Position numbers and translations under genes: made by a program
Shown here: piece by piece, positions 19,780 to 29,691 of the stretch
How the letters are laid out: every line of letters begins with the position of its first letter
Position numbering within the stretch: position 1 is the stretch's first letter
The notes under the pieces: model-generated
What the model was told of the DNA's origin: nothing
Seen by the model: only the letters and a program-made list of their open reading frames with translations
Database searches by the model: none
Source of the DNA: a bacterium
GTDB lineage: Bacteria; Patescibacteriota; Saccharimonadia; Saccharimonadales; UBA4665
NCBI GenBank assembly: GCA_021777375.1
Contig: JAJYDV010000001.1
Location: forward strand, 11,347 to 75,346
Direction of reading: 5' to 3'
Length of the DNA: 64,000 nt

Positions 19780-21291
19780 ATGGCAACTATTGCCGAACTG
19801 CGTAAGGAAAGACTGCGTAAACTTGATATATTAAAACAACTGGGAATCAACCCTTATCCTGCTCATGTTGAGCGCAGCCATACCCTAAAAGATGTAGCTG
19901 AACATTTTAATGAATTGGAAAATACCTCGGTAAAGGTAGTTGGGCGTATAGTTACGTTGCGCAAGCTTGGTAAGATAGCATTTGTTGTTATTCGCGACCA
20001 GAGTGGTCAAATTCAACTGCTGCTTAGCGAACAGTCCCTTGAAGGACTAGATTCCAAAAATGAACAACTGGGCTTTAGCGAATTATCACTTCTTGATAAT
20101 GGCGATTTTGTTTTCGCAGACGGCAAGGTGATGAATAGCCGGTCTGGAGAGTTATCGATCCAAGTTAACAAACTACGCCTTCTGGCTAAAAGCTTGAGGC
20201 CCTTACCACTAAGTAGAGAGGGCTTTACTAATAAAGAAGAGCGTCTCAGACGCCGCTACGTTGATATGAACGTTAATCCAGACATTCGGGAGCGTTTCAT
20301 CCGTCGTAGCCGTTTCTGGCAAGCTACGCGCGATTTTCTTAACAATAAGGGTTTCATTGAAATAAACGTTCCGGTGCTCGAGCATACCACTGGAGGAGCA
20401 GATGCTACACCTTTCGTCACACATATGAATGCTCTAGGAGAAGACTTCTATTTAAGAATTAGTCATGAGCTACCTCTAAAACGCTTACTTGGCGGCGGAT
20501 ATGAGAAAGTTTATGATATTGGTCCGCGTTTTAGGAATGAAAATTATAGTGACGAACACTTGCCCGAACATGTAGCCATGGAGTGGTACTGGGCATTCGC
20601 TGATTGGCGCGATGGTATGAAATTGCAGACGGAAATGTTTAGGCAAATTGCGCTTCAAACATTTGGTACTTTGCAATTCAATATCGGGAAGTTTGACGTT
20701 AACCTAGAAGATGAATGGGAGGAGTGGGATTATGCTCAGACTCTTGCAAAACACTATGACGGACTGGACATTTTTAACACCAGTTTGGAACAAGTCAGAG
20801 AGCTACTGAGCAAGTATCACCTAGAAGTTGCCGATAGTGATAATCTTGCTCGTGGCATAGATAAACTGTGGAAGAATATTCGTTCAACAGTGACTGGCCC
20901 GATTTGGTTGGTTGATACGCCGACGTTTATTAGCCCGCTGGCTAAAACAAATCCTGATAGGCCTAATACCACCCAGCGTTTCCAAGCAGTCTTTGCTGGC
21001 AGTGAAGTTAGCAACGGCTTCTCGGAGCTTAATGACCCGATAGAGCAATATGACCGTTTCCTTGAACAACAGAAAATGAGAGCAAATGGCGACGATGAAG
21101 CGATGATGATGGATATTGATTTCGTCGAGATGCTGGAATATGGAATGCCTCCGGCTTGCGGGCTCGGTTTTAGTGAACGCGTATTCTGGCTGCTTGAGGG
21201 AGTGACTGCGCGCGAAGGAGTCCCATTTCCGAATTTACGGCGCGATATCGACCCTAATTCAAAAGCTCTTTACCCGAAAGCTAACCTGTAG
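19780..21291 (+). CDS. lysS: Lysine--tRNA ligase (class II)
   Basis: OB-fold N-terminus, GGADATPFVTH, YLRIS, FRNE, EYGMPP. Confidence 0.96.
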   Translation: MATIAELRKERLRKLDILKQLGINPYPAHVERSHTLKDVAEHFNELENTSVKVVGRIVTLRKLGKIAFVVIRDQSGQIQLLLSEQSLEGLDSKNEQLGFSELSLLDNGDFVFADGKVMNSRSGELSIQVNKLRLLAKSLRPLPLSREGFTNKEERLRRRYVDMNVNPDIRERFIRRSRFWQATRDFLNNKGFIEINVPVLEHTTGGADATPFVTHMNALGEDFYLRISHELPLKRLLGGGYEKVYDIGPRFRNENYSDEHLPEHVAMEWYWAFADWRDGMKLQTEMFRQIALQTFGTLQFNIGKFDVNLEDEWEEWDYAQTLAKHYDGLDIFNTSLEQVRELLSKYHLEVADSDNLARGIDKLWKNIRSTVTGPIWLVDTPTFISPLAKTNPDRPNTTQRFQAVFAGSEVSNGFSELNDPIEQYDRFLEQQKMRANGDDEAMMMDIDFVEMLEYGMPPACGLGFSERVFWLLEGVTAREGVPFPNLRRDIDPNSKALYPKANL

Positions 21292-21297
21292 TCAAAA

Positions 21298-21669
21298 ATG
21301 GTTAGCATTGACGATGAATTATTCCAGAAGCTAACTATTCAGGCTTTAGACAGTCTTCCGGGAGAACATGCTAAAAATATTGCCAATGTCGCGATAATTT
21401 ATGCTGATTATCCAGATAATGAGCAGCGTGAAAGACTTAAATTGCGCGACGACCAGACATTGTTCGGGCTGTATGAAGGTATTCCGTTACCATATCGCCA
21501 GGGTCAGACAAGAGTACTTCCGGACAAGATAACTATTTTTAAAGGACCGCTGTCAAACGCCAGTGCAAATATTAACGAACTTCAAGAAAATATCCGTCAT
21601 ACGCTATGGCATGAGATAGGGCATTACTATGGTCTTGATCATAACAAGATCCGTGAGCTGGAAAGCTGA
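21298..21669 (+). CDS. Zincin-like metallopeptidase
   Basis: LFGLYEG, PDKITIF, HEIGHYYG (HExxH). Confidence 0.82.
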   Translation: MVSIDDELFQKLTIQALDSLPGEHAKNIANVAIIYADYPDNEQRERLKLRDDQTLFGLYEGIPLPYRQGQTRVLPDKITIFKGPLSNASANINELQENIRHTLWHEIGHYYGLDHNKIRELES

Positions 21670-21744
21670 GAGGTGCTAGAACCATTAATACCGAGACTTT
21701 GGCAAAGCATTGTAGCAAGCTTATAGTTAATCGAGAAAATAAAT

Positions 21745-22398
21745 ATGCGTGCAGTCATTTTTGATTTTGACGGAACCATCGCCGATAGCTTTACGGCTGT
21801 TATAGATATTGCGTATAGATTGACACAGAGCGAACTATTAGCCGATACCAATCATGTGCATAAACTACGCAATAAACATAACGGTCTTAGAGAGGCGATT
21901 CGAATACTTGATATTCCGCATTGGAAGGGAGCTTGGATGTTAAAGAAGGGCCGGAAAATGATGGCCCGGGATATTAAAGACATACCGTTGTTTGAAGGTA
22001 TGGGCCAGGCAATAGCTAGATTAAGTGATGCGAAGTTTGAGCTCTTTGTTGTTACAAGTAATAGCACGAGTAATGTTGAGCGTTTTTTGTCCAACCACGG
22101 CATACTTGATGATTTTAAGGCGATTTACGGCGGTGCTGGAATGTTTAGTAAACAGCGCCTGATTAAGAAAGCTATGAAGCTAAACCGACTTAGCCCGAAT
22201 ACGGCAATATATGTTGGAGACGAAGTTAGAGATATAGAAGCCGCCAAAGAACTAAAGATGCCGGTAGTCGCCATAACCTGGGGGTACAATACCGAACAGC
22301 TATTACTGCGTCACCACCCAACTCTAGTTGCTCGCAATCCAAAGCAAATGGTCGAAAACATTATTGAATGGAACATGAGGAGTATTAATCAGACTTAA
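21745..22398 (+). CDS. HAD-family phosphatase
   Basis: FDFDGTIAD motif I, TSN, YVGDEVRD motif IV. Confidence 0.9.
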   Translation: MRAVIFDFDGTIADSFTAVIDIAYRLTQSELLADTNHVHKLRNKHNGLREAIRILDIPHWKGAWMLKKGRKMMARDIKDIPLFEGMGQAIARLSDAKFELFVVTSNSTSNVERFLSNHGILDDFKAIYGGAGMFSKQRLIKKAMKLNRLSPNTAIYVGDEVRDIEAAKELKMPVVAITWGYNTEQLLLRHHPTLVARNPKQMVENIIEWNMRSINQT

Positions 22399-22498
22399 GG
22401 CAGGAGACTTACTATGTCACTTAAGCTGAAATGTCAATGATTGCCAAAAACTCCCAAGGCCGAAAACTTAAAGACTACCTGCTACAATTAGAATTAAC

Positions 22499-23314
22499 AT
22501 GGCAATAACCAGAAGTAGACCTTATGAAGTCGGTCAGTCGGAACCGTATAAGATATCAAGAAGCAAAATTGAATTGTTCATGCAGTGCCAGCGTTGTTTT
22601 TGGCTAGATGCTAGGTTGCGAATAGTGAGACCCTCCAGCCCTCCGTTCACGATTAATAAAGCCATTGACGAGCTATTTAAACGAGAGTTCGATAGTTATC
22701 GAGCACAGGGTAAGGCGCATCCTCTTATGGAACAATTCTCAGTTGATGCGGTGCCGATGCAACACGATAAATTAAATACTTGGCGCCAAAATTTTACTGG
22801 AGTTTCAGTTTTACATGAGCCAACTAATCTTTGGGTATATGGGGCAATTGATGATTTGTGGGTGGATTCCAAGGGGCAGGCAATTGTGGTTGACTATAAA
22901 GCTACTGCAAAGGAGCAGGGCGTATCCATTGATAGCGCCTGGCAGGTAAGCTATAAGCGGCAGCTTGAGGTTTATCAGTGGCTGCTAAGACAAAATGGCC
23001 TTACGGTAGCCGACAAAGGTTACTTTGTCTACACCAACGCAGTTGTTTCTGCCGATGGCTTTTATGACAAAGTGGACTTTGTAACTAAGTTGATTCCTTA
23101 TGTTGGCAACGATGCCTGGGTAGAGCCGACCTTAATTAAGATGAAATCCTGTCTCGATAGTGATGAGATGCCACCAGTAGGGAACGCAGCAATGGGAGGG
23201 GTCTGTGAATTTTGCCAATACGCACGATCTAGAACCGAACTGACGTTGTCTGCTCTAGAATTGTCTCCCAAGAAGGTAAAAAATAAATCAAGCGGAAGGG
23301 CCAAGCGCAGATGA
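22499..23314 (+). CDS. PD-(D/E)XK (RecB/Cas4-like) nuclease
   Basis: GAIDD, VDYK, QLEVY, with CQRC and CEFC cysteine pairs. Confidence 0.85.
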   Translation: MAITRSRPYEVGQSEPYKISRSKIELFMQCQRCFWLDARLRIVRPSSPPFTINKAIDELFKREFDSYRAQGKAHPLMEQFSVDAVPMQHDKLNTWRQNFTGVSVLHEPTNLWVYGAIDDLWVDSKGQAIVVDYKATAKEQGVSIDSAWQVSYKRQLEVYQWLLRQNGLTVADKGYFVYTNAVVSADGFYDKVDFVTKLIPYVGNDAWVEPTLIKMKSCLDSDEMPPVGNAAMGGVCEFCQYARSRTELTLSALELSPKKVKNKSSGRAKRR

Positions 23315-24609
23315 TAGATATTAATTTCGTTCGTGAAAATCCCGACCTGGTGGCTAAAGGGTCAATGCAGAAGGGAATTAAGGTTGATATTGGCAAGTTG
23401 CTTATCCTGGACGAGCACCGACGTGATTTGCTTAACCAAATTGATAGCGTGAGACAAGAACGCAACCAAGTTGCTCAAGCATCATCTGGGAAAAAACCTG
23501 ACACTGAACAGCAGGCAAGAGGTCAGCAACTAAAAGCCAAGCTTACTCAACTTGAAAGTGATTTTAAAGAGGCAGACAAAGATTTTTTGAAACTGCTTCG
23601 AGCGGTACCAAACATGCCACTGGAAGATGTCCCAATTGGTGATAGCGAAGACGAGAATGTGGTCTATAAGACTGGAGGAAATCCGCCTCAGTTTTCTTTT
23701 ACGCCGCTATCTCATCAAGAAATCGGTGAAAAACTGGATTTAATTGATAAAGTTAGAGCTGCAAAAATTGCCGGTAGCAGGTTTGTATATCTTAAAGCCG
23801 ATTTGGTTCGACTCCAGTTTGCAATTATTGCGTTTGTTATTAATGAGCTAGGCAATAAGGAGGTGATTGCTAAGCTTATCGCCGACAACCACCTAAATAT
23901 TCCAAACCACCCGTTTGTACCAGTTTTGCCTCCAGCGCTGCTGAAGACCGCCCCCTATGAGGCTAGTGCAAGGCTGAACGCTGAAGAGACAACATATAAG
24001 ATTGAGCAGGATGATCTTTGGCTAAATGCTAGCGCCGAGCATACGCTTTGCACGATGTTTATGGATGAAGTATTGCCCAAAGATGAATTGCCACTACGCT
24101 TTATTGGATATTCGACAAGCTTTCGACGCGAAGCAGGTAGTTACGGTAAGGATTTTGAGGGAATCCTGCGCCTGCATCAATTTGATAAGTTAGAAATGGA
24201 AGTCTTCTCGACAGCGGAAAGCGGACTAGAAGAGCACAAGCTACTGGTTGCTATTCAAGAGCACCTGGTAAGTAGCCTGGGCTTGCCATACCAGATTATG
24301 AATAAGTGTACATTTGATATAGGTAAACCTAATGCCCGAGGGGTAGATATTAACACTTGGTTTCCGTCGCAACAGCTTTACCGTGAAACGCACTCAGCCG
24401 ATTACTTAACAGATTACCAAACGCGAGATCTTAAGATTCGTACCCGTAGTGATAACAATAAGCTGGAATTGGTGCACACAAATGATGCTACGGCTTTCGC
24501 TTTTAGCCGAATCCTGGCGGCGATTATGGAGAATTACCAAGATCAGGATGGTCACTTTAATGTGCCACCAGTTCTGGTACCCTATCTTGGTGGCCAAGTA
24601 AAAATTTAG
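23311..24609 (+). CDS. serS: Serine--tRNA ligase
   Basis: MIDINFVREN, coiled-coil arm, FRREAGSYG, RLHQFDKLE. Confidence 0.96.
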   Translation: MIDINFVRENPDLVAKGSMQKGIKVDIGKLLILDEHRRDLLNQIDSVRQERNQVAQASSGKKPDTEQQARGQQLKAKLTQLESDFKEADKDFLKLLRAVPNMPLEDVPIGDSEDENVVYKTGGNPPQFSFTPLSHQEIGEKLDLIDKVRAAKIAGSRFVYLKADLVRLQFAIIAFVINELGNKEVIAKLIADNHLNIPNHPFVPVLPPALLKTAPYEASARLNAEETTYKIEQDDLWLNASAEHTLCTMFMDEVLPKDELPLRFIGYSTSFRREAGSYGKDFEGILRLHQFDKLEMEVFSTAESGLEEHKLLVAIQEHLVSSLGLPYQIMNKCTFDIGKPNARGVDINTWFPSQQLYRETHSADYLTDYQTRDLKIRTRSDNNKLELVHTNDATAFAFSRILAAIMENYQDQDGHFNVPPVLVPYLGGQVKI

Positions 24610-24700
24610 TCACACTTATAGAGAGTCACATTGTAAAATAAAACATGGAGGGTTCTCATGCCCAGTTCTTTAAACATTAAGATAAAAGGAGTGTGATCAT

Positions 24701-25081
24701 ATGATACGGAATCTTGATTTTCATAGCGTGCATACTTCACTTGACGAAAAACTTAAGCAATATATTAGCCATAAGCTGGACGGACTCGATAAGTACGTTT
24801 CACCATTTGCGCGACGGAGCATGCGGATCGAGATTTTTGCCAAAGAGAATAAAACGCACGGCGCAAAGCGCTATGAGTTTGAAGCGGTCACTCATTTACC
24901 GAAGGAAATAATCCGTATTCGTGAAGAAACCGATAACATGCAGGCTGCGGTAGATATTGTTGAAGAAAAATTAAAACAGGCGTTAATGCGTTATAAAGAT
25001 ATCCATGACAACCCCAAACGTTGGCGACATCTTCTTAAACGTTCACACGGCAAAACCAAGGAGAATAATAAGCTAAAATAG
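24701..25081 (+). CDS. raiA: Ribosome hibernation factor HPF/RaiA
   Basis: LKQYISHKLDGLDKY, AAVDIVEEKLKQAL pattern; upstream of secA; SD AAAGGAG. Confidence 0.85.
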   Translation: MIRNLDFHSVHTSLDEKLKQYISHKLDGLDKYVSPFARRSMRIEIFAKENKTHGAKRYEFEAVTHLPKEIIRIREETDNMQAAVDIVEEKLKQALMRYKDIHDNPKRWRHLLKRSHGKTKENNKLK

Positions 25082-25175
25082 CCTGGTTGGCACATTTTTG
25101 ACACTTAGAACAAAGCCGACCTGTCTAAAAATCTTTAATATAAAGCCTCAATGACAGCAAAATCGATATAACTGT

Positions 25176-25922
25176 CTAGTTGTTGCTATCGCTTTCGTAT
25201 GTACCTGAACTTATAGTTATATTAGTCAGACTAACGCTACTAGACATAAGGGATGAAGTAAAGTGAACGGTTAGCATACCAAGTCCAACTAACAAGAAAA
25301 GAAGGATTATTTTCCGGCTAGCACCCCATTTGGACTTAATTTTATTAATACGACTAGCTAAATGCCTTTCTTCTTCTTCAACTTCCTCAACGACATCTTT
25401 AGCAACAGTTACTGCTAACTTTCTGGCTGCATAAATCTTGGCAATTTCATTTTTGATGTTTGCCATCTCCTGATACACGATGATAACCGCCGGAACTATA
25501 ACTAAAATAATCAAACCGGGTAAGGTCTTAACCCAACTAATTGCGTAGCCAATATAAGGGACTACAGAGGTGACCTTTCCGAGTATCATAGACTTGGGTA
25601 CTGGGTAGGCGTCGGGTGTACTGTTTGCGTCCCCCTTAAGGGTATATTCGTTAACACCATTAACGTTAGCGATTTTGATAATTCTGTGAGTAATAGAGCC
25701 TTGGCTATTGGGCAATTGATAAGTAACTATATTTCCGACTGCATAGCTTCTGTCTGTTTTATCTAAGATCAAGCTTCCAGTCTGGATTTTTGGCTGCATT
25801 GAGCCTGATTTGTCGATATAAAGTCTATACCCAAACAAATCCATGCTTAGACCCATAATTAGTAGCGACCCTAGGATTACTATGCCGATGGGCGCAACCT
25901 TGGTTATTTTTTGAAATCTCAC
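25176..25922 (-). CDS. sipW: SipW-type (Ser/His) signal peptidase I with C-terminal extension
   Basis: SGSMQP, THRI, KGDAN..D, VPYIGY; SD AAGGAG 7 nt before GTG 25922 (ORF track gives TTG 25925). Confidence 0.9.
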   Translation of the reverse strand: MRFQKITKVAPIGIVILGSLLIMGLSMDLFGYRLYIDKSGSMQPKIQTGSLILDKTDRSYAVGNIVTYQLPNSQGSITHRIIKIANVNGVNEYTLKGDANSTPDAYPVPKSMILGKVTSVVPYIGYAISWVKTLPGLIILVIVPAVIIVYQEMANIKNEIAKIYAARKLAVTVAKDVVEEVEEEERHLASRINKIKSKWGASRKIILLFLLVGLGMLTVHFTSSLMSSSVSLTNITISSGTYESDSNN

Positions 25923-25947
25923 CAAAACACTCCTTATCTCCTAAACC

Positions 25948-25982
25948 TCGTCGGGGCCAAACAAGAGTCCGACCCCAAACGA
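25948..25982 (-). promoter_or_regulatory. Intercistronic stem-loop between the tasA-like gene and sipW
   Basis: On minus strand TCGT-TTGGGGTCGG...TTGGCCCCG-ACGA; no U-tract. Confidence 0.5.
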
Positions 25983-25989
25983 ATGGACC

Positions 25990-26568
25990 TTACTCTGGTT
26001 GGGATACTTGCGTACCGTTAAAGTATAGGTCAAAGCTGACATTGCCGTTTTCATAGCTGTTGCCGGCGTTACTTGCCATCTCCATGTTGAAAGTGAAGTA
26101 TGGCGCTGATCCTGGAGCTATGTTCATTAACTCTATAGGATTTTCATAGTAACTGAGAGGGTGCCATCCAGTGCCGGTTCCGTTACCGTTCCACCAAATT
26201 TGCAGCCACATGGCGTTTCCAAGCCCATTAACTTGTGAAAAGTTTGCAAGCTGAACAGTCGTGTTTAATGTTACATTGTCGGTTGAAGTATTTTTTAAGT
26301 ACACGGTTTGTGAACTCTCTTCGCCAGGATACCATCCTGACCCAAAGTTAAATTGACAACCAGCATAAACATTATTAAATGTTGCGGCCGAAACCGTATT
26401 GTCGAACCATCCGTTTTGGCAAACTTGAGATATCTGTAAATCTACGTTACCGCTAGAAAAACTAACCCCAGTTAAACTCACGCTCTTATTTAAATAAGAG
26501 TGCGTTGCGCCAATCGAAATCGTTGAAACAAAGGCTATGAGTAATACACTCATAAGTATGCTTTTCAT
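25990..26568 (-). CDS. TasA/camelysin-family secreted protein with SipW-class signal peptide
   Basis: Signal peptide ending GATHS, then YL..S......FSSG.VDL; YPG...V.LKN; AGNSYE...FDLYFNGTQ C-terminal motif; adjacent to sipW; SD AAAGGAG. Confidence 0.82.
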   Translation of the reverse strand: MKSILMSVLLIAFVSTISIGATHSYLNKSVSLTGVSFSSGNVDLQISQVCQNGWFDNTVSAATFNNVYAGCQFNFGSGWYPGEESSQTVYLKNTSTDNVTLNTTVQLANFSQVNGLGNAMWLQIWWNGNGTGTGWHPLSYYENPIELMNIAPGSAPYFTFNMEMASNAGNSYENGNVSFDLYFNGTQVSQPE

Positions 26569-27014
26569 GGTTTTCTCCTTTAAGAAACCTTAATTGTGGC
26601 GGATCGACCATTTAAACGCACCACTTCCACCGCACTTGTCTCCCGTAAAACAGGATTATCTTCATCAATACTCCTAATTTGCTTCAATAGCAATAATATA
26701 GGACGGTAATGATCACTTATTACAACATTTGTTGTTCCCTAAAATGCCAAAAGATACTCTTACCAAAATAGTTATGCTTTGAATATTTTGTTTGGAATAA
26801 AATCCAATCGATTATTTACCACGGTATACCTTGACTAACCCATACTGAGTCGGGTTTACGATTGTGAAAATTTTAAATATCATAAACAGATAGCAACTAC
26901 CAACCTAATATCCATGACTTTTTACTATATTGAATGTAAAATCTGCCAAGACTCTAGGTTAGGATAGGGTATAATTGGAGTAAGAAATTTATTAAATTAA
27001 GGCGTCGGAGTTAA

Positions 27015-29675
27015 ATGCACGTTGTTTTAAAAAAAATATTAGGCGATCCGCAGGGTAAAACGCTTAGAAGACTAAAAAAACGGGTAAGCGAAATCAACGC
27101 CCTTAGTGATAAGTATGCCAAACTAAGCGATGCTGAGTTGCGTAAACAAACCGATGTACTGAAGAAACGGCTAGTCAAAGAATCGCTTGATGATATATTG
27201 CCCGATGCGTTTGCGGTTGTTAGGGAGGCATCAACCCGTACTCTAGGGCAACGGCATTTCGATGTTCAGTTGATTGGAGGCATGGTATTACACGAAGGGC
27301 GAGTTGCCGAAATGAAGACCGGTGAAGGAAAAACACTTGTCGCAACTTTGCCGGTATACCTAAACGCGCTTACTGGTAAAGGTGTTCATGTCGTAACCGT
27401 TAACGACTATTTAGCTCAACGTGATGCCGGCTGGATGGCTCAGATATACCATTTTCTTGGCATGAAAGTCGGAGTAATTATGCCAGACCACTCCTTTATA
27501 TATGATCCGACATATGAGAACAAACAGCATGATGACCCACGGATGCGTCATCTTTTAGAAACCTCGCGTCAAGAAGCTTATGCTGCGGACATTACCTATG
27601 GAACAAATAACGAGTACGGCTTTGACTACCTAAGAGACAACATGGTGCGTGAAGTTGATCAACTGCGTCAGCGTGATCTAAACTTTGCGATTGTTGACGA
27701 AGTCGACTCAATACTAATTGACGAAGCTAGAACACCTTTAATCATTAGTGCACCCAGCGTAACTAGTGGCACTGCTTATGCCCAGTTCGCAAAAATTGTC
27801 CGACCATTAAAACTCGATAAGGATTACGAGACAGATGAGAAACGCAAGCAGGTAATCTTGACTGATAAAGGTGTTGATAGACTTGAGAAGACGCTAGGCA
27901 TTTCGAATCTTTATGCTAGCGAGAATATTCGGACCATCTATCACCTCCAGCAAGCGCTTAAAGCGCAGGCCCTATTTAAGAGGGATAAGGATTACGTGGT
28001 TACCAAAGAGGGTGAAGTAGTAATTGTTGATGAGTTTACCGGTCGTTTACTTCACGGTCGTCGATATAATGAAGGTCTGCACCAGGCAATTGAGGCCAAA
28101 GAAGGCGTTGAGGTGCAGGAAGAATCTTCTACCTTGGCAACGATTTCGTTCCAAAACTACTTCCGTCTTTACGATAAATTATCTGGAATGACCGGAACGG
28201 CAATGACCGAGAGTGAAGAATTTCATCAGATATATAAGCTTGAGGTAGTAGATATACCACCTAACAAGCCAATGACCAGAGATGATCGCCCAGACCGGAT
28301 CTATAAGACTGAAACAGCAAAGTTTAAAGCTATTGTCCGAGAAGTTGAGATGCTCCACGTTAAAGGCCAGCCGGTACTGTTAGGCACCGCATCAATTGAA
28401 AAAAATGAAGTATTAAGTACTTTACTGCGCAAAGCAAATATTCCGCATCAAATGTTAAACGCAAAAAATAATGAGCGTGAGGCTGGAATTATTGCCAAAG
28501 CCGGCGAAAAAGGAGCCGTTACTCTTGCTACTAATATAGCCGGTCGTGGTACTGACATTGTGCTTGGCGAAGGTGTAGTTAAACTTGGCGGATTATTTGT
28601 TCTAGGGTCCGAAAGACATGAATCACGGCGTATCGATAATCAGTTGCGAGGTCGTGCTGGACGTCAGGGAGATCCCGGTGTAACTCAATTCTTTGTCAGT
28701 ACTGAAGACGATTTGATGCGTATATTCGGTGGTGAGCGGATCGGCTCGATAATGAACCGTTTAGGAGCAGGTGAGGATACGCCGATTGAAAACCGGATAA
28801 TTTCTCGTTCACTTGAGAAAGCACAAGAGCGAGTTGAGGGTTTTAACTTCGATCAACGAAAGAATGTCGTGCAGTACGACGACGTGATGAACCGACAGCG
28901 CAAAGCTATCTATTCAATGCGTCGTGAAATACTAAAGGCCGAAGACATCAGCAAGCGCATTAAGAGTTCAATCGAGGAAGAAGTACACGCGATTGCGACC
29001 TCTCCACAACTGCTAGATGAGGATTTTGACCAGCAGGTCAAAGAAGTATTTCCTTTTGATGATCCAACACTGGACCGCCTTTTTGACACCGAAGCCGATA
29101 AATTTGAACATGATCTACTTTCTGGGGCTAAAGAATTATATGCAGCCAGGGAGAGTTCCTTTGGTACGAATTTTATGCGTCGCCTAGAGCGAGATGTTTA
29201 TCTGCAGGTTTTGGATGATCAGTGGATGCAGCACCTTGAAGATATGGATCACTTAAGGGAAGGAATTCACTGGATGGGCGTTGGACAGCAGGACCCGTTA
29301 GTTGAGTACCGTCGGCAAGGTCAAATCTTGTTTGATACAATGCAGCAAAATCTTACGCATCTTGTAGTTAGAATGGTATTTAACACCTACCCGGTAGATG
29401 TTGGCGAACTAGATCGTCCTGTCGAGACCGTATTAACACGTGCTGCCCGTAGTTCTATCGAAAATGCCGGTTCGATAGTGCGAAACCAAGAAGAGTTCCA
29501 TGAAGATGACTTTGACCCGGCGAGTATCCTAAGCGCGGCGGTTGATTCAATCCCCACTACGACTAACACTAAGCCCAAAGCTGGCTCAAAGAAGGTAGCT
29601 AGCACCAATAACCGTCGTCAAGCTCGTAAAGCCGAGCGCAAACGCAAAACCGCCGCAAAGCGGAGAAAGCACTAG
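27015..29675 (+). CDS. secA: Preprotein translocase subunit SecA
   Basis: MKTGEGKT, VDEVDSILIDEARTPLIIS, QLRGRAGRQGDPG; C-terminal zinc motif absent, basic tail instead. Confidence 0.98.
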   Translation: MHVVLKKILGDPQGKTLRRLKKRVSEINALSDKYAKLSDAELRKQTDVLKKRLVKESLDDILPDAFAVVREASTRTLGQRHFDVQLIGGMVLHEGRVAEMKTGEGKTLVATLPVYLNALTGKGVHVVTVNDYLAQRDAGWMAQIYHFLGMKVGVIMPDHSFIYDPTYENKQHDDPRMRHLLETSRQEAYAADITYGTNNEYGFDYLRDNMVREVDQLRQRDLNFAIVDEVDSILIDEARTPLIISAPSVTSGTAYAQFAKIVRPLKLDKDYETDEKRKQVILTDKGVDRLEKTLGISNLYASENIRTIYHLQQALKAQALFKRDKDYVVTKEGEVVIVDEFTGRLLHGRRYNEGLHQAIEAKEGVEVQEESSTLATISFQNYFRLYDKLSGMTGTAMTESEEFHQIYKLEVVDIPPNKPMTRDDRPDRIYKTETAKFKAIVREVEMLHVKGQPVLLGTASIEKNEVLSTLLRKANIPHQMLNAKNNEREAGIIAKAGEKGAVTLATNIAGRGTDIVLGEGVVKLGGLFVLGSERHESRRIDNQLRGRAGRQGDPGVTQFFVSTEDDLMRIFGGERIGSIMNRLGAGEDTPIENRIISRSLEKAQERVEGFNFDQRKNVVQYDDVMNRQRKAIYSMRREILKAEDISKRIKSSIEEEVHAIATSPQLLDEDFDQQVKEVFPFDDPTLDRLFDTEADKFEHDLLSGAKELYAARESSFGTNFMRRLERDVYLQVLDDQWMQHLEDMDHLREGIHWMGVGQQDPLVEYRRQGQILFDTMQQNLTHLVVRMVFNTYPVDVGELDRPVETVLTRAARSSIENAGSIVRNQEEFHEDDFDPASILSAAVDSIPTTTNTKPKAGSKKVASTNNRRQARKAERKRKTAAKRRKH

Positions 29676-29691
29676 TGTTATTTAGTCACCC

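Noticed and set aside
22499..23314. Cas4 as part of a CRISPR-Cas system
   Set aside because: No repeat-spacer array or other cas genes in the window
26569..26700. c-di-GMP or c-di-AMP riboswitch upstream of the tasA-like gene
   Set aside because: Conserved cores of the GEMM-I, c-di-GMP-II and ydaO motifs were not found on the minus strand
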